Assembly (NCBI GenBank): GCA_037447605.1
Contig: CM074810.1
Span: forward strand, 806,001-870,000
Direction of reading: 5' to 3'
DNA: 64,000 nucleotides
Source: Zygnema circumcarinatum SAG 698-1b
Taxonomy: Eukaryota; Plantae; Zygnematophyceae
Each line of letters starts with the position of its first letter. Position 1 is the stretch's first letter. Below are positions 25,700 to 37,841 of this stretch, piece by piece. The translations under genes were made by a program, and so were the position numbers. Under the pieces are notes generated by a model, which ran no database searches, was not told the DNA's origin, and was given only the letters and a program-made list of their open reading frames with translations.

Positions 25700-27348
25700 G
25701 GAGGACGGGGCACTGTACAGCTAAAAGCCCAGAGTTTGGTGAGCCCGCAGTCAGCGTGAACTGCTCGTGGAATTGGTGAGACTGTTCTTCGCCATCATTC
25801 CTTGAACATCGTAAGTTACTTTACTGCACATCAGCATATAGTCAGCAAATGCTGCACGCCATACCAAAGCACGAAGCCCTCCTACAGGGGTTCCATGGTC
25901 AGGGCAGCGGGCTCTAGAAGCCCTTTCAGGAAGCCTATTTGTATTGAACGTCAGCACCTTATGGACCTAGGCCTGTGCCCGTAGTATACCGGGATCCATG
26001 CACTAGTTTGGAAACATTGAAGATCTTAAGTTTACAACCGTCAGAGCCCAGCAGAGCAGAAGAAAAGCTGGCAAGGCAACCACTTGGAAGTTGGAGAAAG
26101 GAGAGCTCTGAGCCTTGTCCAGAGGATGAATTGGTCTACGCCAAGCTGGCATAGAAACGATGGTTGATTGACATTTGTCGTGAGATAATTTGAGTTAGGG
26201 TTTGGAGACGACTGATGGGTCTGATGTCATTTTTTTTCGCCTTTGCCGGGTGTCGTGGTGAAGATGGCCCCCACTTTATTTGACGGTTTTGTGCGGTGGG
26301 TTTTTTTTTATTGCTGTTCAGTATGTGAATGCAAGAATAGGCGGTTTCAACGCTGCAAAAATGCGGTGGAAAATGGCCAGTTCTGGATGGCAGCCTTTGA
26401 CACTTCAGTTGTATGGGGTCTGTTGGAAGGTTGTTTGCTCGTCATATGGAATACCACTGTTTGCATCCAAAGAAACAGGAAAACAAACCGACCTCTCCCT
26501 CCCTCCCCCCCCCTCTCGTATTCTTCCCTCCTAGAGGCACGGTGGGAAGGGCATGCCATTGGTGATGTCCCCGGGCGGGCACGGCTTGTCGACGACCTTT
26601 CATGCACTCGGTGCCCCCTGGTCTCGTCTTTAAACGTCAACGGTCCTGTTTAGAATGGAGGCCATAGCCTTTAAGTTGCACAGGATCTGTTGGAAAATGT
26701 TTGCATCCATAAGACATGGAAAAAAACTAAGACCAAGACTTCACTATATGGGCCGTTAAAAAGGCATAAAGGGGAAACTACTAGGAAAGGTAAAGCACGT
26801 CAAGGACACCTCTTTGGAATGCTGACTGCACTCAAAATCTTCCATTTGACAATGAGTGTTTGATTGTTGCATTGAGAAACACGCATGCGAAGCATCCCTT
26901 ACAACGAAGTAGGGCGCAAGGGGGTGATGTGGCATTGATCTCACGATGGCGATGATGCCATCAAATGTACATGGACAACATCAGCATGGGGGACCACGAG
27001 GAACTGGTCGAAAAGGCCCAAGCACAAACGAAGAAAGCTAGGAGCTGAAAGCTACGCCTAGGCTCAACTTCGCAGCCCTCCCTAGAAGCAGCCGCTTCTA
27101 GGAAGGAACTAGCGCTAGGGCGGGTATTAAAGACTTTCAAGGTTTTTAGGGTTTAAAAAATCCTAAAATCACGGTACAGTAGGATGCCTTGGCAACCAAT
27201 GGTTGGACCAATGGTTGATTGGGCTCTCAATGGCTGCAACCGTTGGAATCAACAATGCTCGCCAACCAAAGCCCAGGGTGTCAATTATGTGGAGACAACT
27301 TCAGGCTTTTGGATTATTCTTCTCCCCCGTTTTTATTACTTAGGCCCT

Positions 27349-27466
27349 ATTTGCACACCTTTTTTGGCTAGACACACACCTTTTTCGCCGGTCAGACATT
27401 TAGGGATTTCCGGGAATCTGGGATTTTTTTGAAGGGTGTGGATCTAGCCAAATAAGGTGTGTAAAT
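27349..27466. mobile_element. Small ~120-bp inverted-repeat element (MITE-like), copy 1
   Basis: Arms atttgcacaccttttttggctagacacacacc and ggtgtggatctagccaaataaggtgtgtaaat are reverse complements with few mismatches. The spacer resembles the inverted spacer of the 58929-59038 element. Confidence 0.6.
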
Positions 27467-28020
27467 GACAGATTCCTATTTTTATGGTACAGTACCAGGT
27501 ACTGTACCATTCTTCGGTTCACACTTGCAGGATGCGGAACATGGCCCGCCCAATCGCCCTGGACCTGCCGTCCCGCTTCCTCCCATGCCATGCCCTGCCC
27601 ATCCCCGCACTTGGAACCTCCCCCAGACGACACCGCCCCTCGGTCCGCCTCCCTCCCTCCCTCCGCTAACTAAAGCACAATATCGAATCGGTTGATTCCC
27701 CGATCGAAACCTTCTCGAAACGCCGCCAAAAGGACCGAACCTCGATAACGTGTCGGCTGCCGCGCGTGTGACTCGCGTCTCCCATTGGTCGCTTCATCGT
27801 CGAAGCCCTGCGATTCGTACAGAGGCGTACATTCACGTCATGCGACTTCCGCCGCATCTCAAGATTCGTATGCTACGGATAGTGTCCCACTTGCCGTACA
27901 GCTGTTGCGATTTTTGTCGGAGAATGTCCGAAGGGATGTCTGAAGTCACTTTCGGAAGTGTCTGACAGAGTATGGTATGTACGGGTACCCTTCAAGCAAT
28001 CTCAAACAGTCCCGTGAATA

Positions 28021-28967
28021 GGGTAGTGATATTTCCACCCCTTTTTTGGATCCAAACACCCCTTCCCGGCCGGGCAGATTTTAAAAGGGATTAAAAACAG
28101 AAAATGCTTTTTTCAGACCTTTTTGGAATCGATACCCACCTTCTTCCGTCGGATGATTTTATTTTTTCTAACCAAGGAAAATGATACCCCGTCACCGCAT
28201 TTTGAATACTGTATCCCGCCTCCCTGAATTATTTTTTTGAGGGAAAGAAATATCTGCCTGCCCGAATCCGCTCGGAGCGGAAGATCCGTCCGCCACGAGA
28301 TCGTTCGCGGGTGTCCGTCCTTTACACGTGTGTGTCAATCGCAGCTGTCGATTTCCCTCGCAGATCACACCACTGCAGATCACCGTTCGATCTGCAGCCG
28401 GGCTCGATCTTAGCGAATGGAAAGCGCCCACGAGTCCCGTCAAAGCCAAATCGCACCTGCGAGTGCGCGCGTCCTTCGGCCCGAGATCTTGCAAATTGTT
28501 AGCTCCCAGCCAATCAACATCTGCCACGTGTTACAATTTTGACGTGGAAAATTTTGATTGGTCGAAGATCTCAATGTACGAAATTTTGGGTTCCTCAAGT
28601 TGCGACCGTACGACATTTGTACGGAGAAACTTTTGAGAGGACTTTGGCGGGATACGTGGGCACGTGCCATGCGCTGTGACCGAGCCCGGCTGCCGATCAA
28701 ATAGTGATCTGCCGTTTGCGATCTGCGAGGGAATCGACGGCTGCGATTGACCGCACGCGTGAAAAAAAACTCAGGTAGGCGGGATATTCAAATGGGTCGA
28801 CGGGTTATCATTTTCCTTGTTTCGCAGAAATAAAATCTGCTGATGGAGGGTGGTATCGATTCCAAAAAGGTGTGAAAAAAGCATTTTCCGTTTTTAATCC
28901 TTTTTGAAATCTGCCCGGCCGGGAAGGGGTGTTTGGATCCAAAAAAGGGGTGGAAATATCACTACCC
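28021..28967 (+). mobile_element. Non-autonomous foldback DNA transposon, copy 1 (947 bp), 8-bp TSD CGTGAATA
   Basis: About 200-bp terminal inverted repeats starting GGGTAGTGATATTTCCACCCC, first ~60 bp perfect. TSD at 28013-28020 and 28968-28975. No transposase ORF. Confidence 0.95.
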
Positions 28968-28980
28968 CGTGAATAAGCTA

Positions 28981-29898
28981 GGGTAGTGATATTTCCACCC
29001 CTTTTTTGGATCCAAACACCCCTTCCCGGCCGGGCAGAGTTCAAAAGGGATTAAAAACAGAAAATGCTTTTTTCACACCTTTTTGGAATCGATACCCACC
29101 TTCTTCCGTCGGCTGATTTTATTTTTGCTAACCAAGGAAAATGATACCCCGTCATCGCATTTTGAATACTGTATCCCGCCTGCCTGAATTTTTTTTTTGC
29201 GGGAAAGAAATATCTGCCTGCCCGAATCCGCTCGGAGCGGCAGATTCGTCCACCACGTAATGTGTGTCAATCGCAGCTGTCGATTCCCTCGCAGATCACA
29301 CCACTGCAGATCACCGTTCGATCTGCAGCCGGGCTCGATCTTAGCGAATGGAAAGCGCCCACGAGTCCCGCCAAAGCCGGATCGCACGTGCGAGTGCGCG
29401 CGTCTTTCGGCCCGAGATCTCGTCATTGTTAGCTCCCAGCCAATCAACATCCGCCACGTGTTCAATTTTTGACGCAGAAAATTTTGATTGGTTTAAGATC
29501 TCAATGTACGATTTTTTGGGTTCCTCAAGTTGCGACCGTACGACATTTGTACGGACAAACGTTTGAGAGGACTTTGGCGGGATACGTGGGCACGTGCCAT
29601 GCGCTGTGACCGAGCCCGGCTGCAGATCAAATAGTGATCTGCCGTGTTGCGATCTGCGAGGGAATCGACGGCTGCGATTGACCGCACGCGTGAAAAAAAA
29701 TTCAGGTAGGCGGGATATTCAAATGGGGTGACGGGTTATCATTTTCCTTGTTTCGCAGAAATAAAATCTGCCGATGGAGGGTGGTATCGATTCCAAAAAG
29801 GTGTGAAGAAAGCATTTTCCGTTTTTAATCCTTTTTGAACTCTGCCCGGCCGGGAAGGGGTGTTTGGATCCAAAAAAGGGGTGGAAATATCACTACCC
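28981..29898 (+). mobile_element. Non-autonomous foldback DNA transposon, copy 2 (918 bp), 8-bp TSD ATAAGCTA
   Basis: Same TIRs and interior as copy 1, with a short internal deletion in the left arm. TSD at 28973-28980 and 29899-29906. Confidence 0.95.
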
Positions 29899-30268
29899 AT
29901 AAGCTATTTACGATATTTAGGGGTTTTCCCGTACAGTATTTGACAAGGCCTGGCCTGCTGATCGCACGGTACTGTACGAGCCGTGCTGTCCGTACAGTTC
30001 ACTGTCTGTCCACAGTGTGTAACAGTCTCAGGTCCGCTGTCAAGCGACGTTTAATCACGGAATGCCACGTGGATGGTTGGTCCAGTCCCGCGCTCTCTTT
30101 TGCGGGAGGAAAGGGAGAGGGAGGGAGGGAGAGGGAGCGAGAGGAGAGAGGGAGAGAGGGAGAGAGGGAGAGGGAGAGGGGAGAGGGGAGAGGGGANNNN
30201 NNNNNNGGGAGAGAGAGAGAGAGAGAGGGGAGAAAGAGGCAGGGGAAGGTGTCTGGGAGCATCGCGCC

Positions 30269-32133
30269 ATGGGGATGAGGGCGAAGGTGCGCTCCTGGCG
30301 CCGGCGCCTCCTGTTCGTAGCAAAATAGTGTCAGAAGACGGGAGAGACGGGAGAGGGGAAGAGTGGCTTGAGGGGACAGAGTGAGCAGAGTTATGTTCAG
30401 TTCTAGATTTCAGTTTTTTTCTCTATCGGGCTTGTGTGCTCTCCCTCACTTTCCCTCACTCCGTCTCTCACTCTCTCTATCTTTATTTCCTACTCTCCAA
30501 ATCTCTCGGCATTGCGATTTTCTTTACCTTATACTGTCTGCTTTTTGCCGCGCTTGCAGGAGCTCGTGGGCAATGTGATTTTCTCCCTGTTGCTTCTGCT
30601 GCTGCCTCTGGTAAGACAAACACTCCCACAGCAAACTGTTGCTTATGTTCACGAAATGATTTAGGCGAGGGAGGAAACTGAACGTCTCCATTCCTCATAG
30701 GTTTTGAAATCTGGGGGTTTCTTGTTTGATTTTCTTGTAACTTAACTTGTAGCGAGTAGTGAAATGGAGAGTCATATGTGATCAACTTGAATATTGAGCT
30801 GTCAAGGAGGACTGTGTGCCCTTAGGCCCGTTGTTCATGATTTTGAAGAAGGCCTTCCCTCAGTTTTTTTAGTTTTGTGTCGAACTGTTTCGAAGCGGAA
30901 AGTAAGCGTTTGTTAGAGTTCTGCTTGAAATCTATCAATATGCGCAGCGCAAGCTTATTTTGGAAGTGTGTCTGAATCAGATGAACGTAGCGGCAGCGAC
31001 GTCCTCTGTCAACGGCGACATGGAGCGGCGAAAGTGCATTGCAGAGCTTCAGGAGGAGTATCGGAAAGTGATTGGAGAGAGTGTTGTTGGAAGGCATGTT
31101 TACCTCGTGGACATGGTGTATCATTGGAACATTGGAGATAGCTTAATTGAGGTGAGGGAATACCACCTTTCAAGTCAGCAAGGCTACTAGCATGTGTGAA
31201 CCCTCTTCGCTGGTGATTGTGGTTTTACTTACATGCACAGCGCTCCTTTCTGTGGTGCAGTATGGCGAGCAATTGTTCTTGAAAGAGTCAGGGACTCCCA
31301 ATGACATTTTTTGCTCTATGAAACACTGCAATTACAAAAAGATTCTGAAAGAAATGGAACAGCATCCAAAGACAAGTACCATTGCGGTGCATGGAGGGGG
31401 AAATTTCGGAGATATATGGCTCCAGCATGGAGTCCACCATCGGAAACTTTTGCGACGTTTCTACAACTATTCAATTGTATTTCTTCCCCAAACTGTTGTC
31501 TTCCGTAAGGCTGAAACAGCCAAGTCCTTGGCTGCTGAGTTCAGCAAACATCCCAGAGTGCGTTTGATTGCAAGAGACCTCGAGTCCTTATCTACTTTCC
31601 AAAACTACTTTCCAGATATTCCGTCAGCCCTTGCTCCAGATGCAGCCTTTATGATTGGACCTATTGACGCGAGCTGTGCACCCACTCACGATGTTCTCAT
31701 CATTGCGAGAAAGGACCAGGAAAATCCCGGAACTCGCCGGGTCGGCGAAATGGAGGATGCTTTAGCCGCTCTGCAGGCTCATAACTTGACTTATCTGATT
31801 CGTGATTGGCCTTGCGGACATAAACAGGCGAGCTTAATGGCTCATAGTGTAGATGCATCGCAGAAGAGAGCAGGCATTGGTATTAAGTGCTTATGTCAGG
31901 GCCGGGTGTTAGTGACCAATCGGCTTCATGGTACAATTTTGGCTACTTTGATGGGCATTCCCCATGTGTTTATGGACAGTAGGTTTCGAAAACTCTCCCG
32001 TTTTCAAGCCGCTCACTTTGCATCCCGACCGGCATGTAGTTCTGAGAATATTAAATCAGTTCCTGTGAAAAGCTGGATGGAGGCAGCCAATGGCGCAATA
32101 GATTTGTTTCGGAAGACGTTCAGGGAGGAGTAA
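30269..32133 (+). CDS. Polysaccharide pyruvyltransferase (PS_pyruv_trans; EpsO/Pvg1-like), probable type II membrane protein
   Basis: YHWNIGDSLIE|YGEQLFL (in-phase intron), HGGGNFGDIW, FLPQTV, ARDLES, APDAAFMIG, DWP and VLVTNRLHGTILATLMGIPHVFMDSRFRKL. Upstream pieces MGMRAKVRSWRRRLLF and ELVGNVIFSLLLLLLPL suggest a cytosolic tail plus anchor; the 5' exons are uncertain. The stop overlaps GA|GTAAGC, so an in-frame terminal exon at 32655-32769 is possible. Confidence 0.85.
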
Positions 32134-33179
32134 GCAAGTTTGTGCTGCTAAGATGGGATACCTTTGTGCGATTGTGAAGATAAAAAGTTGATTAACTGCC
32201 CAAATCATGAGATGGTACAACGGCTATGGAACTCGGGTTTTCTGAAGGCTTCCGTGCAAGCTGTAGCATGCAAGAATTCGAAGTCAAAGGAGAGCGGATG
32301 ATGATCTGAAGGTGAGCACTGATTAACTTTCTCTTCTAGATTTGAAGTTTGCCTTGATTTTGTATCTTTGCTTCATTGGAAAAATGCAAACAATTTCTAC
32401 TCGTGGCTTTACGTAGTCCTTCTGGAAGACAGTGTTGCTAGTTTGGGATGGGAAAGGGGGGGCACGGTCAGAGGGTTTGCTTTAGTCTTGGACCACCAGT
32501 CCCTTGTCAATAGGGTGTTTAAAAGTAAGAGACGGTTACACATTTTCCTTTCCCCTCCCCCTCTCCCCCCACTCTTTCCCTCCTCTCTCTTCTCCTGTCT
32601 TTCCTCCCTTCGTTCTCCTTCCGTCTTCACTCCTCTCTCACTTTTGCTCCAAAGTGACAGGCTGGGAAAGAGTGGCGAAAATGTCTATGAAGATTTTGGG
32701 AAGACTGCTCGCGGGTGCTTGAACTCCTTCGGGAATGTCAAGGGTGTCGAGGAAAGCGACGGCTGTTAAGTGGACGAGAAGCAGGAGCAGAGAATCTCCT
32801 TGTAGCGATGGAGAAATTTGATCCAATAGTGGTGATGACAGCGAAGGGCTCCCTTGGCATGAGTCTATACTCGCATGTAGACAGAAGAAAGCTTTGACTA
32901 TATATCATATTCGTTCTTGTTTCTTGTCTTGTTTGTTTCTAAAGTTGGTGTCAGTTGGATGGTGTCTGTGCGGCTGTCCATTGGATGCTGTCGAAGTAAA
33001 GGCTGTGCTGCTACCATCTTTTGCCCATTCACCTTACAATGTGTTGGGCTCGCAAGTGTTATAAGAAGCCCATCTCCCTCGTTTTTTTTGCTCATGGAAT
33101 TCGAATTACCAGCAGTCTATGTATAGTTGTGTAATTAATTAAGTAATTCCAACTGAATGTCCCCAAAACCATCCCCAAA

Positions 33180-33420
33180 CCACCCGATATATCCCAGTAA
33201 TTATCCAGATACGATATTCAGTACATATCGAATTACCCCTGATCTCAGTCTCACCAGTTATTTTTTCATATTCCCATACGATATTCAGAACGTATCGACG
33301 TATCCCTAATATCGGCACCGGGAGCCTTTCCCGTATTCCGATACGGTATTGATACGTATCGAATCAGCCCTAATCCCAGCCTCGAGTCCTCGACAGCTTT
33401 CCCCATATCCCGATACGACC
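33180..33420. repeat. CGATAC/GTATCG-type motif cluster; possible subterminal region of a decayed DNA transposon
   Basis: Roughly ten gatacg/cgtatc/cgatat variants in both orientations; no TIR or TSD identified. Confidence 0.4.
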
Positions 33421-33528
33421 ACTGCCGCGAGCTGTGAGCGCGCCACGTGGCCCCCCCCGCCCCGCACGCCGCACGTGCGAGCGGCGTCGCTGGGAGAGAG
33501 GGGCGGCCTCGCCCGCACCTCGCCAAGG

Positions 33529-36500
33529 ATGGCGGCCGCGTTCCCCCTCCGCCTCGGCGATCTGAGGGCGCCTGCACCTTCCTTGGAGCCTCCAGGAGGT
33601 GCATCGAGGGCCCCCCTTCCGGAGTCTCCCTATGGGGCCTGCCAGCAGTCAAGTGGGGTCTTGCTTGCCCCGGGATATTGTATGATCTGCGTACAATGCG
33701 GGGTCGATCTTGGTAAAGTTTGGAGAGGTGGAGGTGGATCTCATGGTGGAGAGGCGGAGGTTAGGGTAGGGAGAGAGGGAGGGAAGAGAGGGAGGAGTGG
33801 GTAGCAGGCGGAGAGGGAGTGGGGGAAGGCAAGGAAAGGAAAGGAAAGGAAAGGCCGGGCTTTTGATTGCAGGTAATGGGGTGCTTGGAGGAGGGAGTTA
33901 TAAGCTTATGTAGGATTAGGGTTAGGGTTAGATACGAGGGAAAGGATGGAGTCTGTGCGTCAGAATGATCGAAGGAATTTTGTTTACGATAATGTAGTGC
34001 TGTGCGTGCTTTTTCTTTCGGAAAAAGAAAAAGCACGCTGCTACTCGTAGTCATGAATTTAGCCGGTATTTCATGTGTTTGATCTATTGGTTGTACTGAG
34101 TTGAATGTCCTTCATGAATCACGCATAAGAAACGATTGTTGTCTTGTTCGCTGTGAGGAGTCTGTTGCATTACTAGATTGCATACTTGCGTACTACATGG
34201 CAGTGACGCTTTGCACGCAAGCACAACACGAGGAGTCATTTGGATCGGAAATTTAGGCTTCCTTCATGCCACCCCGCCTTACAAGCGTCTGCGTGGATGA
34301 AAGCATGCCCGAGCACAAAGTTTTGAGTGGGTAGAAGAACACCCACTCAATCGACTTCAGTTTAGGGACACTTAGGGGCTGGTTGCACATCTGTTTCTTA
34401 GCACCGTTGTTGTTGATGCTAATTATGAACATCGTCTCTCCTGTTTTCCATATGAAGGATTTTTGTAAAGTATCTTTTAGTTGGCTTCACGTCTTGGAAG
34501 ATTTTGCGGTAGAGACAGACCGGCAGACAGACGGGCTACCGTTTAGGTTGCCGAGTAGAGTGCTTGCAAGTTGAGTCGGCAAGAGAAAACCGGTTAATAG
34601 AGCGACAGTTAACCTGTATCCGGTTCTACTTTTCTGGAATGCTTTATATAGGAGTAGCAATTCATATTTCTAGGCATCAATAGACATGCTGGCGCTGCGC
34701 AATACTCCTGGAAAGTTGCACCGTGATGCTTATGATCCTCTTTTACATCTTGACTACATGTAAGGGACTTCCGAGACAGAATGATGCAAACTGAACGTGA
34801 GAGGGAAAACTGTCGCGACAACCAGAGGCCAATTTGTTTAGAGATTGGTCGCATTTTTTCACTTTTGATTAATACTAGTATAGGATATGGACTGTTTTTG
34901 TGGTGCAGTGTGAAGGCCCAAGCCCAGGCGCTGCTTACTCATGCTGGCAATTGACGATTCTGCTGGCCTTAGCCAACTAATCTGCTAGTGACAAAGGCAC
35001 ATGCGATACAGGCAGAGTTGATTCCTAGAATCAACTGTTGAAGGAAAGGGCCGGAATCGATTTGGTTTGCGCATTCCTGTCTTTGACTTATTTGACTTAT
35101 TTGATTTACTTCCAAACAGCGCAATCAACCATGATGCTCCTTCCCAGCTGCTCCGTGCTACATCACAGCATTGCGGACTCCGTTGTAGCTGACAGACTAG
35201 GGAACAGAGTCGAATGTACATCTGCTCACCAAACCGAAAGAGTACTCTCTAAAGCATATTTACCAGCACCTGCTTCAATGTCGATGTCACGAACGGAGAA
35301 GCGAAGGTCGAGCTGCCTTGAAAGTGACTGGTGGAGAGCAAAAATCAGCAGAGTAGTTTCATTGAGGTTGACAAACCATAGGAAATCGTGCACGAGATGT
35401 GAAATTGGAGGACAGTACGACGAGACATTCAGTGATGTTGAAAAGGTATACCTCTCTATTGCCTCTAATATGTATGCTACGAATAACCATCTAATATGAA
35501 GTAAAAAACCATATAGTTGTTATCCTGCCTGGAACAAGCATGTGTGTGATGGGTGAACTAAGTACACTTTACTGCGTGTGTGAAGTCTGATTATTGTGCA
35601 TTGATTGGTAAGCCGGTTTGAATCTACGTGCAAAATGCTTCTGTTCGAGAGATATGGGATCAACACATTTTGCAGGTGATGCTTGTGTGTCGCAGCATAT
35701 GCTAAATTGCTTTACGGTGAAGGCCGTGAGGAGTATACTGGGACAGCTGCAAGAGACCAATCCTCCACAATACCTTTTTTTTTATAAGTATGCTTTTCTT
35801 CCGATTTTCCGTCTCTCCTTTGTTGTTCCTTGAAAGGCTGGTAGCTCAGCAGCCTTCTTTGCTTGTTCCGGGCTTCTTCTGTTCTTTTTTCTGACTTCTG
35901 AGATGTGAAGGGCAGACGACTGATGCACTTTTTGACTGCATGTGTGATGCAGTTTTGTGGTTGACAATAGACCTCAGGATGGCAAATTGTTTCTCCAAAC
36001 CCTACTCAAGGTAAGAAGCTGATGTTTGTCCAAGACGCAGCGAATGCACCCAATGTTTAACCTATGACTGAGCTAGCCCTGCATCATGCAATCCGTGTCA
36101 TGTTATATCTATGATGTGAAAGGTATTCGCGATTGAAGTTGTGTATGCAGGAACATGGATGCTGGACTTTGAGGTTCGTCAGTTTTTACATTCAAACTAA
36201 ACTATCAGGCTTGTGGATGGTGTGGGGATGCAGGAGAGGCAGGAGCTCGGAGAAAGGGTGATGGTGATGCGGCTGCATCTGTTTAATACATGGATCAAGG
36301 TTAATCTCTATCCGTTAATCCTTTCAATAGAGCAGATTTGACTGTACTCACGTCGTATTCTGAACATATGTCCAAATGAATAGTGGGCCTTCCAATGTAG
36401 GCAAAAGCACGGGGCACCTGACGTGATGAGTGGCAATTCAACACACCCCTCCTGTAGATGAGGATGTCGGTCTAGGTCTTGCATCTGGATTCAAATTGCG

Positions 36501-36950
36501 CCTCTCGATGCTTTTGAGTCGAAAGCGAAGAATTAGGTTACAATGGCCTGCTGAACGATTAGGTAACTTTTTCCCCCATTTTTGAGTACTGGAATAACCT
36601 AGGTGCGAAATCTACATTCTACACTTTGAATACTACTAAGTATTACTATTCGTTGTGTTGTGGGGCCCTAAGTGCATGTATCGAGTGCTTTGACTAGCCA
36701 TACCATCCTATTTCCCATATGAGTGCCCTTCTTAACCCGTATCCATACCAAAATTCCTCCAATGTAAGCTAAGCATTCCCCTTTCACTGCACCTTCCTGC
36801 TTCTCTGCGCAGAACTACAGCCATGCCGACCTGTATAAAGCCATATCTGACCAGAACTTGGAGCTTCTCCGGGAGCGTCTCGTCCAGACTGTGAAGTTTG
36901 CTGACGTGGAGGACTCCGAGAAGCCGCAGCCGCCTCCACCCGCAGCTTGA
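33529..36950 (+). CDS. RbcX: Rubisco assembly chaperone RbcX (RbcX2-like), plastid-targeted
   Basis: Exons read IGGQYDETFSDVEK, HMLNCFTVKAVRSILGQLQETNPPQY, FVVDNRPQDGKLFLQTLLK, ERQELGERVMVMRLHLFNTWIK and NYSHADLYKAISDQNLELLRERLVQTV...*. The start is either 35131 or an upstream in-frame exon from 33529. Confidence 0.9.
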
Positions 36951-37841
36951 TTCTTGTATAGAGCTCCCTCGTGCCCGGCCTAACTTGATAAAGCAGACAT
37001 TCTCTGCCGACCGGGTATTATCGCCTTATTAAGAGAATTAGGTCTTGTTAGTGGAGATAGGGCAGACGTCTCCTCAGAAGTTGTTGCTGCAATTGAGCTG
37101 AAGGAGACATCAGGAATCCGTCTGAATTGCCCCCTAACAAGTTATGGAAAGCTCTACGCAGCGCTCTGTACAGTGCCCTCCTATCGGCTGCACTCCCCTG
37201 CTTTGGTGAGGTAGGCGGGAACCCCTCTGTGGCTTACGAAATTGTATGCCGGAGGGGTCCTTTTAGGTTTGGCTTGATTTCGTGAAGGAGAGGTTGCTTC
37301 CGTAGATGCTAGAAGCTGTAGCCGCCCTTTATATGGAAGGTCACATAAAAGCAAATTCCTTGTGTCGTCCTTAGAGCCTCTCTCTCCCCCCACCCTCGCT
37401 CTCCCTCTCGCTCCCTCCCTCTATCTCTCTCTCCCTCTCTCTCTCATTCAATTTCGGTTCAAAACACTACAAAAAACGATACACACAGATTTGGCTGTTG
37501 TCTTCTTCTTTTTGTATTACCCTCATCAACCGTCAATTGTACTCGCCTCTACCTTAAGGCTCAAAATCTTCTGAAAATCGTGAAGGCTGGTAAGCTTGGA
37601 ACCCTAAAATCCTTAGGTTTTTTCAAGGTGTAGAACTGTCCAAAGCGTTGACGCTTCCTTGAAGTAACTGACGCCATTAGTGGCTAGAACGTCTTAGAAT
37701 GCTCGCTCCTCGTCCTTATAGCTTCAGTTTCTCCGCCACTTTTCCAATTAGAACCTCCCTTTCACATTGCCCCAAATATATCGGCCTCCAGAACCTCGAT
37801 CTCCTATCCTGCCAATCCTTCGATCTCCCTCGTTCCCTGCC

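Noticed and set aside
28192-29687. Short ORFs inside the repeated elements (also 59528-59954) as transposase or cargo genes
   Set aside because: All are under 135 aa, differ in frame between near-identical copies and show no DDE or zinc-finger motifs; the elements are non-autonomous.
28021-29898. Simple tandem duplication or CRISPR-like array
   Set aside because: Each copy has its own distinct 8-bp TSD and there is no repeat-spacer periodicity; the context is eukaryotic.
2231-32133. Wall-modification gene cluster (SGNH, oxidase, pyruvyltransferase)
   Set aside because: The genes are spread over ~30 kb and separated by unrelated plastid and light-response genes; nothing in the sequence supports co-regulation.
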